Source of the DNA: an uncultured Collinsella sp. | GTDB lineage: Bacteria; Actinomycetota; Coriobacteriia; Coriobacteriales; Coriobacteriaceae | Direction of reading: 5' to 3' | NCBI GenBank assembly: GCA_900547125.1 | Contig: URFU01000001.1 | Coordinates: 7,731-71,730 of the forward strand | DNA: 64,000 nt | In this document: piece after piece, positions 1 to 9,410 of the stretch | Position numbering within the stretch: the first letter of the stretch is position 1 | How the letters are laid out: each line of letters begins with the position of its first letter | Notes under the pieces: generated by a model | Told to the model about the DNA's origin: nothing | Seen by the model: the letters and a program-made list of their open reading frames with translations, nothing else | The model's database searches: none | Program-made: the position numbers and the translations under genes

Positions 1-873
1 CGCGTCCTCAACGGCCTCAGCCATATCATCGCGAGCCAAGTCAAAGACGGAGACCTTCTGGCCGCGGGCCTCGAGCGCAGATGCGAGCTCCTCAACGGCA
101 GCCTTCAGATGCCCATACACACTCGCATAGGCAATCGTGATGCCCTTGTCCTCGGGCTGATAGCTCGACCAGGTGTTGTAGGTGTCGAGGTAATAGCCCA
201 GGTTCTCGGTAAGCACAGGACCGTGGAGCGGGCAGATGATTTGGATGTCCAGGTCGGCAGCCTTTTTGAGCACGGCCTGCACGAACTTGCCGAACTTACC
301 GACGATGCCAAAGTAGTAACGGCGAGCCTCGCAAGCCCAGCCCTCGGGATCCTCGATGTCGTTGGCGCCAAACTTGCCAAAGCCGTCGGCACTAAAGAGC
401 ACCTTGTCGGTGGACTCGTAGGAGAAGAGCACCTCGGGCCAGTGAACGTTGGGGGCGCCGATAAAGGTCAGGCTGTGGCCGCCCAGATCGAGCACATCGC
501 CCTCTTTGACGACCATTTTGCGCTCGGGGAAGTCGGTGCCAAAGTAGTTGATCATCATGCGGAAGGCGCCCATGCTGGCCACAATTTGTGCCTGGGGATA
601 GCACTCCATAAAGGCGGCGATGCCGGCGGAGTGATCGGGCTCCATGTGATGGACGACCAGGTAGTCAGGCGTACGGCCATCGAGCACGGCCTCGAGGGTG
701 CCGAGCCATTCGTCGACAAAGCCGGCGTCGACCGAATCGGCGACAGCGATTTTATCGCCCAAGATAACATAGCTGTTGTATGCCATGCCGTTCTCGGACA
801 CGTCGTACTGCCCCTCGAACAGGTCGATGTCGTGGTCGTTGACGCCAATGTAGCGGATATCCTTGGTGATCTC
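1..873 (-). CDS. Flavodiiron protein (FprA/flavorubredoxin-like: metallo-beta-lactamase-like domain plus flavodoxin-like domain). The C-terminus is truncated by the window edge.
   Basis: Minus-strand reading from the ATG (cat at 871-873) gives MEITKDIRYIGVNDHDIDLFEGQYDVSENGMAYNSYVIL... with His-rich di-iron motifs (LVVHHMEPDHSAG). The frame is open to position 1. It is absent from the ORF track because no stop lies inside the window; the listed plus ORF 109..897 is its antisense shadow. Confidence 0.75.
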
Positions 874-1005
874 CATCAGGCAAAGCCTCCTAGATAGACA
901 AAAGAACCCGTCTATCATAACACTCGCCTTCATAGCCACGGCTATCCGTCAGCATCCTTACCGATTGTAATTGAGGCGGAATATACTGCCGTTGACCTGC
1001 ACAAA

Positions 1006-2037
1006 CTATGCGCGCGGTATCGCCGTGCTATGTCGAACGATGAGCTGGCCGGGAATACGGATGGCAACGGTTTTGCCCGGCGTACCCGCCTCGGGAACCG
1101 CATGCTCAAACACCTCGCGTCCGCGCTGATGTAAATCGAATCGCACGGTCGAGAGCTCGTTGTGTGCCACAAAATCATCGAGCGAATCGTCGACGCCCAC
1201 CACGCTCACGTCCTCGGGCACACGCAGGCCGCTATCGCGCAGCGCCGCAATTGCGCCGTTTGCCATCTGGTCGTTTGCCGCGTAAATCGCCGTCATGGTG
1301 CGGTCGTGCTCGGCCAGGTACCTGCCGGCCTCGTAGCCGCTGTTGGCAGACCAGTCACCCTCGAGCGGCTCTGCCGGCTCGATGTGCTTACGCTCGAGCG
1401 CATCTTGCCAACCGGCGCGACGGAACTGCTCGTCGACCGAAAAGGACGGGCCGCCAATATAGCGAATCTGCTCGTGCCCCAGCTCAAACAGGTGATCCAT
1501 AAGCAATAGCGAGCAGCCGTAATGATCGGAGTCGACCGTGGTCACCCGCGGGTGCGCGTACATGGTAACGATGACCGTGCCAATGCCCGGCAGTGGATCA
1601 AACGTCTCAAAATCGGGCGCCATGCGGCTCATGCCGATGATGATGCCGTCCACCGGCAATGCGGCCATACGACGCGTGGCCTCGGCAAGCGAAAACTCCT
1701 CGGTCTTGGACATCTCGACCAGCGTAATGGCGCAATTATGCTCGCGAGCAGCGCTGGCGATGCCATCGATCATTGAGAGGTTGCCAAACTTGGTGACATC
1801 GTTGACGCACAGGCCGACCGAATGGTAACGGCCGTCGCGCAGCGAGCGACCGGCATAACTCGGACGAAAGCCGAGCTCCTGCATAGCAGCCTGCACGCGC
1901 TGGCGCGTCTGTTCGTTAACGTTGGGCAAGCCGTTGGCGACGCGCGAAACCGTCTGCTGCGAAACGCCAGCAGCGCGGGCGACGTCGGCCATGGAGACCG
2001 GACGCGTACCTGTATCGTTGGACGGGCGCCTTGCCAC
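1006..2037 (-). CDS. LacI/GalR-family transcriptional repressor, divergent from galK-galT.
   Basis: N-terminal HTH (MADVARAAGVSQQTVSRVANG) followed by a periplasmic-binding-protein-like sugar-binding domain. Possible later start at MADV.... Confidence 0.85.
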   Translation of the reverse strand: MARRPSNDTGTRPVSMADVARAAGVSQQTVSRVANGLPNVNEQTRQRVQAAMQELGFRPSYAGRSLRDGRYHSVGLCVNDVTKFGNLSMIDGIASAAREHNCAITLVEMSKTEEFSLAEATRRMAALPVDGIIIGMSRMAPDFETFDPLPGIGTVIVTMYAHPRVTTVDSDHYGCSLLLMDHLFELGHEQIRYIGGPSFSVDEQFRRAGWQDALERKHIEPAEPLEGDWSANSGYEAGRYLAEHDRTMTAIYAANDQMANGAIAALRDSGLRVPEDVSVVGVDDSLDDFVAHNELSTVRFDLHQRGREVFEHAVPEAGTPGKTVAIRIPGQLIVRHSTAIPRA

Positions 2038-2127
2038 AGGATCACCTCCACCCTTGCGAGATCTGAATAGCGTGAATGACGGCCCGGGCAGAAATACATC
2101 CCGCGCCGAGGCCCGCTATCGTCGGAC

Positions 2128-2343
2128 GCATGTTAACGTACTCTACTTTTTCTATCGGCGGTTCTTTTGCTCCATATGTCCATACAGCCACACCGTTCAC
2201 GGCCGAAAATCTACCGATTACCAGATTCTCAAAAATAGATATGCGTTGTGCTATGAGTACGTTAACATACCCATTAACGTGCGGCACCGCGACCGTCTGG
2301 TTTGTGGTGCTCAAAATTGTTAACGTACTCATTAACGACACGG
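2128..2343. promoter_or_regulatory. Cluster of GTTAACGTAC-type dyad operator candidates in the galR–galK intergenic region.
   Basis: tgttaacgtactc at ~2130 and again at ~2319, and its reverse complement gagtacgttaac at ~2252. LacI-type CG-centred half-sites sit between divergent repressor and operon. Confidence 0.5.
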
Positions 2344-2376
2344 ATCAGTCTCTCCGGTGTCAAGGAAAGGACCCCC

Positions 2377-3582
2377 ATGACCGCCCCCGACAAAAAGACA
2401 CTCGCCACGCTCACCAAGCTGTTTGAGGAGGAGTTTGGCCCCATCGGCGATCGCCAGGTGCTCTATGTGCACGCGCCCGGCCGTTCCGAGATCAGCGGCA
2501 ACCACACCGACCACGAGGGTGGCCACGTTATCGCCGGCTCGCTCGATGTCGCCGTCGATGGCATCGCCGTGGCAACCGACTCCAACAAGATTCGCATCGC
2601 CGACGAGGGCTATCCTACGTTTGAGATCACGCTCGACACGCTGGATGTTCAGGAGTCCGAGAAGGGCACGTCCGCAAGCCTCGTCCGCGGCATGGCGCAC
2701 GAGATTGCAGCCCTTGGCGTTGAGTCCCACGGCTTCGACTTCGCCTTCACCTGCTCCGTCCCCTCGGGTGGCGGCCTTTCCAGCTCTGCCGCCGTCGAGG
2801 CCGCGTACGGTCGTGCCATGGAGACGCTCTGGGGCGCGCCCGCCATTGAGCCCGTCACGCTCGCTCAGATGAGCCAGCGCACCGAGAACAACTACTTCGG
2901 CAAGCCCTGCGGTCTGATGGACCAGGCCGCTGTGTGCCTGGGCGGCCTTGCCTACATGGACTTTGAGGACCAGGCTCAGCCTAAAACCCAGAAGCTCGAG
3001 CTCAACTTTGAGGATCACGGCTATGCGCTCGTGCTCGTTAAGGTCGGCGCCGACCACGTGGCCGCCACCGACGATTACGCCGCCGTTCCGCGCGAGATGC
3101 AGGACGTCGCCGCCGAGTTTGGCAAGGCACGTCTGTGCGAAGTCAACGTTGCCGACTTTGATGCCAAGCTGCCCGAGCTGCGCGCCAAGCTGGGCGACCG
3201 CGCCTGCCTGCGCGCCGTTCACTACTGGTACGAGAACGGCCTGGTCGACAAGCGCTGGGCAGCCCTGAACGCCGGCGACATTGACCAGTTCCTGGTCCTG
3301 ACGCGCGAGTCCGGCGCCAGCTCTGCCATGTACCTGCAGAATGTCGTTGCCAAGCTGGGCTCCGAGCAGCCTTCCATGTATGCCCTGGCACTGGCCGAGC
3401 ACGTGCTCGACGGCCGCGGCGCCGTTCGTATTCACGGTGGCGGCTTTGGTGGCACCATCCAGGCCTTCGTGCCGCTCGACCTGGTCGACACCTTCATTGC
3501 CAAGATGAACGGCTGGCTGGGCGAGGGCTCTGCCCGCCACTACGCAATTTCTGACAAGGGGGCTTACGCGGCATGGCTGTAA
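2377..3582 (+). CDS. galK: Galactokinase (GHMP kinase family).
   Basis: RBS AGGAAAGGA precedes the ATG at 2377. GHMP ATP-binding motif PSGGGLSSSAA. N-terminal GRSEISGNHTDHEGG resembles the galactokinase signature. It overlaps the start of galT. Confidence 0.8.
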   Translation: MTAPDKKTLATLTKLFEEEFGPIGDRQVLYVHAPGRSEISGNHTDHEGGHVIAGSLDVAVDGIAVATDSNKIRIADEGYPTFEITLDTLDVQESEKGTSASLVRGMAHEIAALGVESHGFDFAFTCSVPSGGGLSSSAAVEAAYGRAMETLWGAPAIEPVTLAQMSQRTENNYFGKPCGLMDQAAVCLGGLAYMDFEDQAQPKTQKLELNFEDHGYALVLVKVGADHVAATDDYAAVPREMQDVAAEFGKARLCEVNVADFDAKLPELRAKLGDRACLRAVHYWYENGLVDKRWAALNAGDIDQFLVLTRESGASSAMYLQNVVAKLGSEQPSMYALALAEHVLDGRGAVRIHGGGFGGTIQAFVPLDLVDTFIAKMNGWLGEGSARHYAISDKGAYAAWL

Positions 3583-5201
3583 CGACTGATGTGCGCGAGG
3601 CCGCGCAGGGCCTGATTGAGTATGCCATCCACCGGTCTATGATCGGCCAGGACGATCGCATCTGGGCCTACAACACCATTTTGGAGTGCATCGGCGCCAC
3701 GGGCCCCGCGCTCGACATGGCCTGGGCGCTGCAGACCGAGAAGATTTCGCTTCTGCACCCTGACACACTCCCCTATTTTGACCTGGAGGGCACGCTTGCC
3801 GCGCTTTCCGAGGCCGCCGTTGTCAACGGTGCCGCCGAGGACACGGCATCGGGCCGCGACCGCATCGCCATGCGCATCATGGGCGTGCTGATGCCGAGGC
3901 CTTCGGTTGTAAACGAGGAATTCAACGGCCGCATGGGCGTCAACGAGCCCCGCGCCGCGACCGACTGGTTCTACGGCCTGTGCTGTGACGCCGGTTACGT
4001 GCGCCGCGCCGCCATCGCGCGCAACATCAAATGGAGCACTTCCACCAACTGGGGTGACCTGGAGATCACCATCAACCTGTCAAAGCCCGAAAAGGACCCG
4101 CGCGATATTGCCGCGGCCGGTGCCGCCAAAAACACAGGCGAGAAGTATCCCGCCTGTCAGCTCTGCATCGAAAACGAGGGCTACCCCGGACGCTCCGCCG
4201 CAGCCGACGGCGGTGCTCACCCCGCCCGCCAGAATCTGCGCGTTATCCCCATCCAGCTCGATGGCGAGCGCTGGGGTTTCCAGTACAGCCCGTATGCGTA
4301 TTTTAACGAACACTGCATTGCTATGAGCTCCGAGCATCGCCCGATGCACGTGGACCGCAAGGGCCTGACCTGCCTGCTCGACTTTGTCGACCTGTTCCCG
4401 CACTACTTTATTGGCTCCAACGCCGACCTGCCTATCGTGGGCGGCTCGATCTTGTCGCACGACCACTTCCAGGGCGGCGCGCACGAGTTCCCCATGATGC
4501 ACGCCGCCGAGATCTCGCAGTTTAGCGTGCCCGGATTTGATCAGGTTAGCGGTACCGTGCTGCAGTGGCCGCTCTCGGTGCTGCGCCTGCGCTCGCATGA
4601 CCGCGCTCAGCTGCTCAATGCCGCCGAGAAGATTATCCTCGCCTGGCGCGAGTGGACCGACGAGTCTGTGGGCGTTATCGCACACACGGCTGACGGCGTG
4701 GCCCACAACACCGTGACGCCCGTCATCCGCCGCGTCGACTCCCGCGGCAATGCCGGCGGCGAGATCTACGAGGCCTACCTGGCGCTTCGTTGCAACATCA
4801 CAACCGACGAGCATCCGCTGGGCGTATTCCACCCGCATGCCGAGTACCACCATATTAAAAAGGAGAACATCGGCCTGATTGAGGTTATGGGTCTGGCCAT
4901 TTTGCCGCCGCGTCTGGTTCCCGAGCTTGGCGCTGTCCGCGAGCACTTGCTGGCGGTCAAGGCCGATGCCAGCTACGACCTTGCCGACGCGCTCGAGGGC
5001 GACGACCTTTGCCGCAGCCATGCCGCATGGGCCGAGGACGTCTTTGCCCGCCGTGCCGAGGAGCTTACGGCCGACAACGCCATCGATATCCTGCACGAAG
5101 AAGTCGGCGTGGTGTTTGGCCACGTGCTCGACAACGCCGGCGTCTTTAAGTGGGACGAAGCAGGACGCGCCGCCCAGCAGCGCTTTATCGACTCGCTGTA
5201 G
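3573..5201 (+). CDS. galT: UDP-glucose--hexose-1-phosphate uridylyltransferase, family 2 (GalT type 2).
   Basis: ~540 aa with an SHDHFQGG motif typical of family-2 GalT. It is translationally coupled to galK by a 10-bp overlap. Confidence 0.7.
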   Translation: MAVTTDVREAAQGLIEYAIHRSMIGQDDRIWAYNTILECIGATGPALDMAWALQTEKISLLHPDTLPYFDLEGTLAALSEAAVVNGAAEDTASGRDRIAMRIMGVLMPRPSVVNEEFNGRMGVNEPRAATDWFYGLCCDAGYVRRAAIARNIKWSTSTNWGDLEITINLSKPEKDPRDIAAAGAAKNTGEKYPACQLCIENEGYPGRSAAADGGAHPARQNLRVIPIQLDGERWGFQYSPYAYFNEHCIAMSSEHRPMHVDRKGLTCLLDFVDLFPHYFIGSNADLPIVGGSILSHDHFQGGAHEFPMMHAAEISQFSVPGFDQVSGTVLQWPLSVLRLRSHDRAQLLNAAEKIILAWREWTDESVGVIAHTADGVAHNTVTPVIRRVDSRGNAGGEIYEAYLALRCNITTDEHPLGVFHPHAEYHHIKKENIGLIEVMGLAILPPRLVPELGAVREHLLAVKADASYDLADALEGDDLCRSHAAWAEDVFARRAEELTADNAIDILHEEVGVVFGHVLDNAGVFKWDEAGRAAQQRFIDSL

Positions 5202-5250
5202 CACGCGAGCTCGAACGCACGCACTTAACAAATAGCGCCTACACGACCAC

Positions 5251-5290
5251 GGCGCCCGCCGGCAACATCGCCGACGGGCGCCGTTTTCTG
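5251..5290 (+). terminator. Rho-independent terminator after galT.
   Basis: GC hairpin ggcgcccgccgg…ccgacgggcgcc followed by gttttctg. The same hairpin motif recurs after galM (33868). Confidence 0.5.
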
Positions 5291-5319
5291 ATGCAAGGGT
5301 AACTAATTTGCACCAAAAC

Positions 5320-5358
5320 AAGGAGTATCCCAAACTGCCGGCAGAAAAGGAACGTCCC
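5320..5358. repeat. 39-bp direct repeat, left copy, flanking the ATPase unit.
   Basis: aaggagtatcccaaactgccggcagaaaaggaacgtccc. It is identical to 6831-6869 apart from one a/g mismatch. Confidence 0.85.
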
Positions 5359-5374
5359 CAGGTGCCGACCTAAA

Positions 5375-5466
5375 CCCACACATTATTCGATGGAAAAACG
5401 TGGATGCCTCCCACATTATTCGATGGAAAAACGTGGTTTACTCCCACATTTTTCGATGGAAAGACC
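5375..5466. repeat. Tandem direct repeats (~34 bp, 2.7 copies) immediately upstream of the ATPase gene.
   Basis: cccacattattcgatggaaaaacgtgg[atgcct] / cccacattattcgatggaaaaacgtgg[tttact] / cccacatttttcgatggaaagacc. Confidence 0.8.
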
Positions 5467-5505
5467 AAAACGATCTTATACTAACCATGATAGTTAGGAG
5501 GCAGT

Positions 5506-6807
5506 ATGCAGCGACAGCTAATGGACGAACTCATCGCTTGGAAATCTAGGGCAAACCGCAAGCCCCTCCTGCTTAAGGGGGCCCGCCAGACGGGAAAAAC
5601 CTGGCTTCTCAACGAATTCGCAGGGCGGCAGTATCAAAACGTCATCCGTTTTGACTTTATGCTCGAACCGGGCGCACGCTCGCTGTTCGACGGAAGCCTT
5701 GACCCCAAACGCATCATCTCCCAGATAGAGCTCCTGCGCGGCCAGACCATAACGCCGACAGACACGCTCATCATCTTCGACGAAATCCAAGAGGCACCGC
5801 GTGGCATCACCTCGCTCAAATACTTCAACGAGCTGGCGCCGGAATACCATATCGTGGCAGCCGGCTCCTATATGGGGCTCGCGCTCCGACGCGAAAACGA
5901 GTCGTTCCCCGTCGGCAAGATCGACCAGCTCACCATGCGCCCCATGGGGTTTGTCGAGTTCGTTCGTGCCGTCGATGGCGATCCGCTCGCAGATGCCATC
6001 CTTGCCGCAGACATGGACCTGCTCGCAAACGTTTCCGAAAAGCTCGAGCGCCTGCTCAAGGAATACCTCGTTGTCGGTGGCATGCCAGAAGTTGTCTCCG
6101 CTTTCGCCGCCTCCCACGATTTCATCGAGGCCCGCAGGCTTCAGCAGCAAATCATCGAAGCTTATGAATCCGATTTTGGCAAGCATGCGCCAGCCCGCAT
6201 CGTCGAGCGCATGAGGCTGGTTTGGAAATCCCTTCCCGGCCAGCTCGCAAAGGAAAACAAGAAGTTCGTCTACGGCGCGCTTCGTCCCGGGGCGCGCGCA
6301 CGCGATTTTGAGGAAAGCCTCCAGTGGCTCATGGACTATGGAATCGTTCATAAGGTACCACGTGTTTCCGCCCTAAGAGCACCGCTCACAAGCTACGAGG
6401 ATCTCTCGGGCTTCAAGCTGTTCTGCATCGACACCGGCATCCTCGGAGCACTCTCCGGCCTCACGCCAGCCATTGTTCTGAACGGGCCCGCTGTTTTTAC
6501 GGAGTTCAAAGGCTCGCTGACCGAGCAATACGTCGCACAGGAGCTTTTGCTCCAAGGCAAAACTCCCGCGTATTGGTCATCCTCCTCCGGCAATGCAGAG
6601 ACTGACTTTGCCATCGACCATGCGGGGACCGTGCTTCCGCTCGAAGTCAAGGCGGCAGAGAACCTCAAAGCAAAGAGCCTGAGGATTGCCTGCGAGAAGT
6701 TCAAGCTCGAGCGCTGCGTGAGAACATCGTTAGCGGCATATAGAGACGAGGGCACGCTCGTCAACATTCCGCTCTGGGAGATTGGGCAAATCGACAAGCT
6801 GGCGTAG
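5506..6807 (+). CDS. AAA+ ATPase with C-terminal DUF4143 (AAA_14 family, COG1373-like).
   Basis: Walker A LKGARQTGKTW and Walker B LIIFDEIQ. The size and C-terminal domain are typical of the 'ATP-binding protein' family often found in accessory contexts. RBS AGGAGG. Confidence 0.8.
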   Translation: MQRQLMDELIAWKSRANRKPLLLKGARQTGKTWLLNEFAGRQYQNVIRFDFMLEPGARSLFDGSLDPKRIISQIELLRGQTITPTDTLIIFDEIQEAPRGITSLKYFNELAPEYHIVAAGSYMGLALRRENESFPVGKIDQLTMRPMGFVEFVRAVDGDPLADAILAADMDLLANVSEKLERLLKEYLVVGGMPEVVSAFAASHDFIEARRLQQQIIEAYESDFGKHAPARIVERMRLVWKSLPGQLAKENKKFVYGALRPGARARDFEESLQWLMDYGIVHKVPRVSALRAPLTSYEDLSGFKLFCIDTGILGALSGLTPAIVLNGPAVFTEFKGSLTEQYVAQELLLQGKTPAYWSSSSGNAETDFAIDHAGTVLPLEVKAAENLKAKSLRIACEKFKLERCVRTSLAAYRDEGTLVNIPLWEIGQIDKLA

Positions 6808-6830
6808 GCGCTGTGGAGGGGGTGCCCCGT

Positions 6831-6869
6831 AAGGAGTGTCCCAAACTGCCGGCAGAAAAGGAACGTCCC
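6831..6869. repeat. 39-bp direct repeat, right copy.
   Basis: aaggagtgtcccaaactgccggcagaaaaggaacgtccc, lying 1511 bp from the left copy. Confidence 0.85.
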
Positions 6870-7064
6870 TATCTGCCGCATTCCCGAAGCAAGGCAACGC
6901 CGATGTTTTGGCAACGGCAGCGAGCGGGCCGCACTTTAGACAAGGTGACATGAAACGAAAGGGCGCTGACCTTCTGGTCGCGCCCTTGAAGTTGAACGTC
7001 AGATTGTACAGGTGCGGCCCGCTCAGCGTCGGCCGGTTACGGCGTTTGGTAAAACCGCGTAACT

Positions 7065-8000
7065 CTAAAGCTCCGTTACTTCAACGCTGTTGTAGACCTC
7101 GTCCCAGCGATCCATGACCAGGTGGCCGGTCTTGGGATCCATGGCGTTGAGCTTGCCGCAGGTATTGGCGGTCTTGAGCACGGTGACGTCGTCGGCACCA
7201 GCAGCAATGGCATGCGCAAAGCCGGCGATGGTCGAGTCGCCGGAACCCGTCGCGTTCACAGCTTCAATCGCGGGAGTCTTGGCGCGGAACGCACGGCCCT
7301 CATGGAAGCCCACCGAACCGGCGGCGCCCATCGAGACGACAACCCAGGGAATACCGGCAAAGCGGCCATCGGCGGCAAGCGCCTCGCGCAGGGCATCGAC
7401 ATCATCGGTCGTAAAGGACGTACCCAGCAGGCCGTTAATCTCGGTCAGGTTGGGCTTTACGAGCTCAGGCTTAGCGTCAGACTCCAGCGCGGCCTCCAGC
7501 GATGCACCCGAGGTGTCAAGCAGCACCTTGGTGCCCGCCTCCTCGGCGATCTTGATGAGCTCGGCATAGTAGCCGGCATCGACGCCACGCGGCAGCGAGC
7601 CCGAAAGCGTCACAACGTCCGCCTTCGCTGCAAGCTCGGCAAACTTGGCCGTAAAGGCCTCGAGCTCGGCTGGGACGATCTGTGGGCCGCTCTCCAGCAG
7701 CTCGGTCTGATTACCCTCGTGCAGAATATTCAGGCAAATGCGCGTCTCACCGGCGATGGGCACAAAGTCATTCTTGACGCCATCGGCATCCATGAGCTCG
7801 GCCATATAGGCACCCATGTGACCGCCAAGCAGGCCGGTCGCAAGCACATCGTCGCCCAACTGCAGCAGCACACGACTCACGTTGAGACCCTTGCCACCAG
7901 CGGTCTTTTCGGGCGTTACGCGGTTAACATCGTCGATGACCAGCTTGTCGAGCTGATAGCGCGTATCAATCGACGGGTTCATGGTAACGGTCAGAATCAT
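7065..8000 (-). CDS. lacC: Tagatose-6-phosphate kinase (PfkB family).
   Basis: MILTVTMNPSIDTRYQLDKLVIDDVNRV… is the classic LacC N-terminus. The start is placed at the ATG (cat 7998-8000), preceded by an AGGAG RBS. The upstream in-frame extension in the ORF track is unlikely. Confidence 0.9.
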   Translation of the reverse strand: MILTVTMNPSIDTRYQLDKLVIDDVNRVTPEKTAGGKGLNVSRVLLQLGDDVLATGLLGGHMGAYMAELMDADGVKNDFVPIAGETRICLNILHEGNQTELLESGPQIVPAELEAFTAKFAELAAKADVVTLSGSLPRGVDAGYYAELIKIAEEAGTKVLLDTSGASLEAALESDAKPELVKPNLTEINGLLGTSFTTDDVDALREALAADGRFAGIPWVVVSMGAAGSVGFHEGRAFRAKTPAIEAVNATGSGDSTIAGFAHAIAAGADDVTVLKTANTCGKLNAMDPKTGHLVMDRWDEVYNSVEVTEL

Positions 8001-8085
8001 ATTGAACTCCTGTTTAGAAAACCGGCCCGCGCCCCTCACAGAAACGCGAGCCGTCAACGGACTAGTTAATTACGCCGGAACCCCA

Positions 8086-8610
8086 CTAGTCGTGGTATTC
8101 GCCGCGGTCCCACTTCTCCAGGAACTCGTCAAAGAAGTGCGGGTCAGCCTGAGCCTCGGCGTCGGCCTTATTGCAGGCATCGATCTTGGCGATCAAGGCA
8201 TCGTGCTCGGGAGTCTTGTCGTAGGGCTCCTCCAGGAAGGCAAGCATGATGTCGGCCATCAGGAACTCGCCGGTGATCTTGCCGCCAAAGCCCACGATGT
8301 TGGCGTTGAGCTCGCGACGGGCATACAGGGCAGAGGTCATGTCGCGAACCAGGGCGCAGCGGGCGCCGGGAACCTTGTTGACGGCGTTGGTGATGCCGAT
8401 GCCGGTGCCGCACAGGGCCACGCCAAAGTCGGCCTTGCCGCTGGCAACGGCCTCGCCCACGGCCTTACCGTAGATGGGATAGTGCGTACGGGTGTGGCTG
8501 TAGGTGCCGCAGTCAAGCACCTTGTAGCCAGCCTGCTCCAGGCGGTCGGCCAGATAGATCTTCTCGTCCGTAACGATATGGTCGCAACCGATTGCGATGG
8601 TCTTCTTCAT
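8086..8610 (-). CDS. lacB: Galactose-6-phosphate isomerase subunit LacB (RpiB/LacA/LacB family).
   Basis: 174 aa, [17 protein letters not shown]…[16 protein letters not shown]. This is near-canonical LacB. Confidence 0.9.
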   Translation of the reverse strand: MKKTIAIGCDHIVTDEKIYLADRLEQAGYKVLDCGTYSHTRTHYPIYGKAVGEAVASGKADFGVALCGTGIGITNAVNKVPGARCALVRDMTSALYARRELNANIVGFGGKITGEFLMADIMLAFLEEPYDKTPEHDALIAKIDACNKADAEAQADPHFFDEFLEKWDRGEYHD

Positions 8611-8673
8611 CAGAACGTCCTTTCGTCCGAATTCACAAGTTGAGATAGAAGTTCGAGTTCTCGGTGGCTCTCG

Positions 8674-9102
8674 TTAGGCCATCTTATTGAGCATGTCGAC
8701 ACGGATCTGGTGACGGCCGCCGGCGTACTGGGCGCGCAGGAACTCGCGGGCGATCTTCTTGGCGACCTCGGTGCCCACAACGCCCGGGCCCATGGTGACC
8801 ATGCGCGAGCCGTTGTGCTCGCGGGTCATGTAAGCGGAACGCTCATCGGAAATGTTGGCGACGACCATGCCCTTGATCTTGACGGCGGCCATATAGGAGC
8901 CGACGCCGTACTTATCGAATGCGAAGCCCTGGGAATCCTTGTGCTCCAGCAGGTCCTTGGCAACGGCGGTCGCGGAATCGACAAAGTCCGCGGCAGGGGT
9001 CTCGGAATAGTCGACGACCTCGTGACCGTCGGCGATGAGCATCTCCTTGATGGACTCCTTCATCGACATACCGTCGGCATCGGAAGCGATTACAACCCTC
9101 AT
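8674..9102 (-). CDS. lacA: Galactose-6-phosphate isomerase subunit LacA.
   Basis: 142 aa RpiB-family protein, first gene of the lacABC operon. Confidence 0.9.
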   Translation of the reverse strand: MRVVIASDADGMSMKESIKEMLIADGHEVVDYSETPAADFVDSATAVAKDLLEHKDSQGFAFDKYGVGSYMAAVKIKGMVVANISDERSAYMTREHNGSRMVTMGPGVVGTEVAKKIAREFLRAQYAGGRHQIRVDMLNKMA

Positions 9103-9199
9103 GACATCCTCCTTGAGAGATACGCAGGTGCGCAGTTTCTGTTTGGAAGTGTTGAATCGCGTTCAGGTCCGGGCATCTGAATGTGCGGTTCTTCACTGT

Positions 9200-9290
9200 T
9201 CATGTTTATTTGAACACATTCGAACAGAGACTGCAACAATAATTTGTTTGTCTTTGTTCTTTTTTGAACAAATACCGTTCACAGATGATT
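9200..9290. promoter_or_regulatory. AT-rich promoter region of lacABC with TTTGAACA / ACCGTTCAC motifs.
   Basis: tttgaacacattcgaacag and tttgaacaaataccgttcacag. The ACCGTTCAC half-site matches the GGTGAACGGT dyads at 29661 and 45570. Confidence 0.4.
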
Positions 9291-9337
9291 GATGACCGTT
9301 TGGTCTCAGGAAAAGCCCGGCTTACCACGTATTCAAC

Positions 9338-9378
9338 AAACAAAAAGGCGGCCGAGAACGCATCTCGGCCGCCTTTCA
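9338..9378 (-). terminator. Rho-independent terminator (minus strand) after the membrane protein gene.
   Basis: Minus strand reads aggcggccgagatgcgttctcggccgcct followed by ttttgtttgtt. Confidence 0.6.
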
Positions 9379-9410
9379 GCAGTATGCCCCGGTATATACA
9401 GCTGTTTTAG

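Noticed and set aside
109-897. 262-aa plus-strand ORF.
   Set aside because: It is the antisense shadow of the flavodiiron gene on the minus strand. That gene has a clear ATG/RBS and Fpr-like motifs but is missing from the ORF track because it runs off the window edge.
2332-3540. 402-aa minus-strand ORF.
   Set aside because: It is fully antisense to galK, and its Gly/Ala/Val-rich translation is typical of high-GC antisense frames. galK has an RBS and GHMP motifs.
5375-5466. The tandem 34-bp repeats as a mini-CRISPR.
   Set aside because: Only ~2.7 copies. The 'spacers' are 6-7 bp, and the units are contiguous tandem repeats (iteron-like). There is no leader and no cas context.
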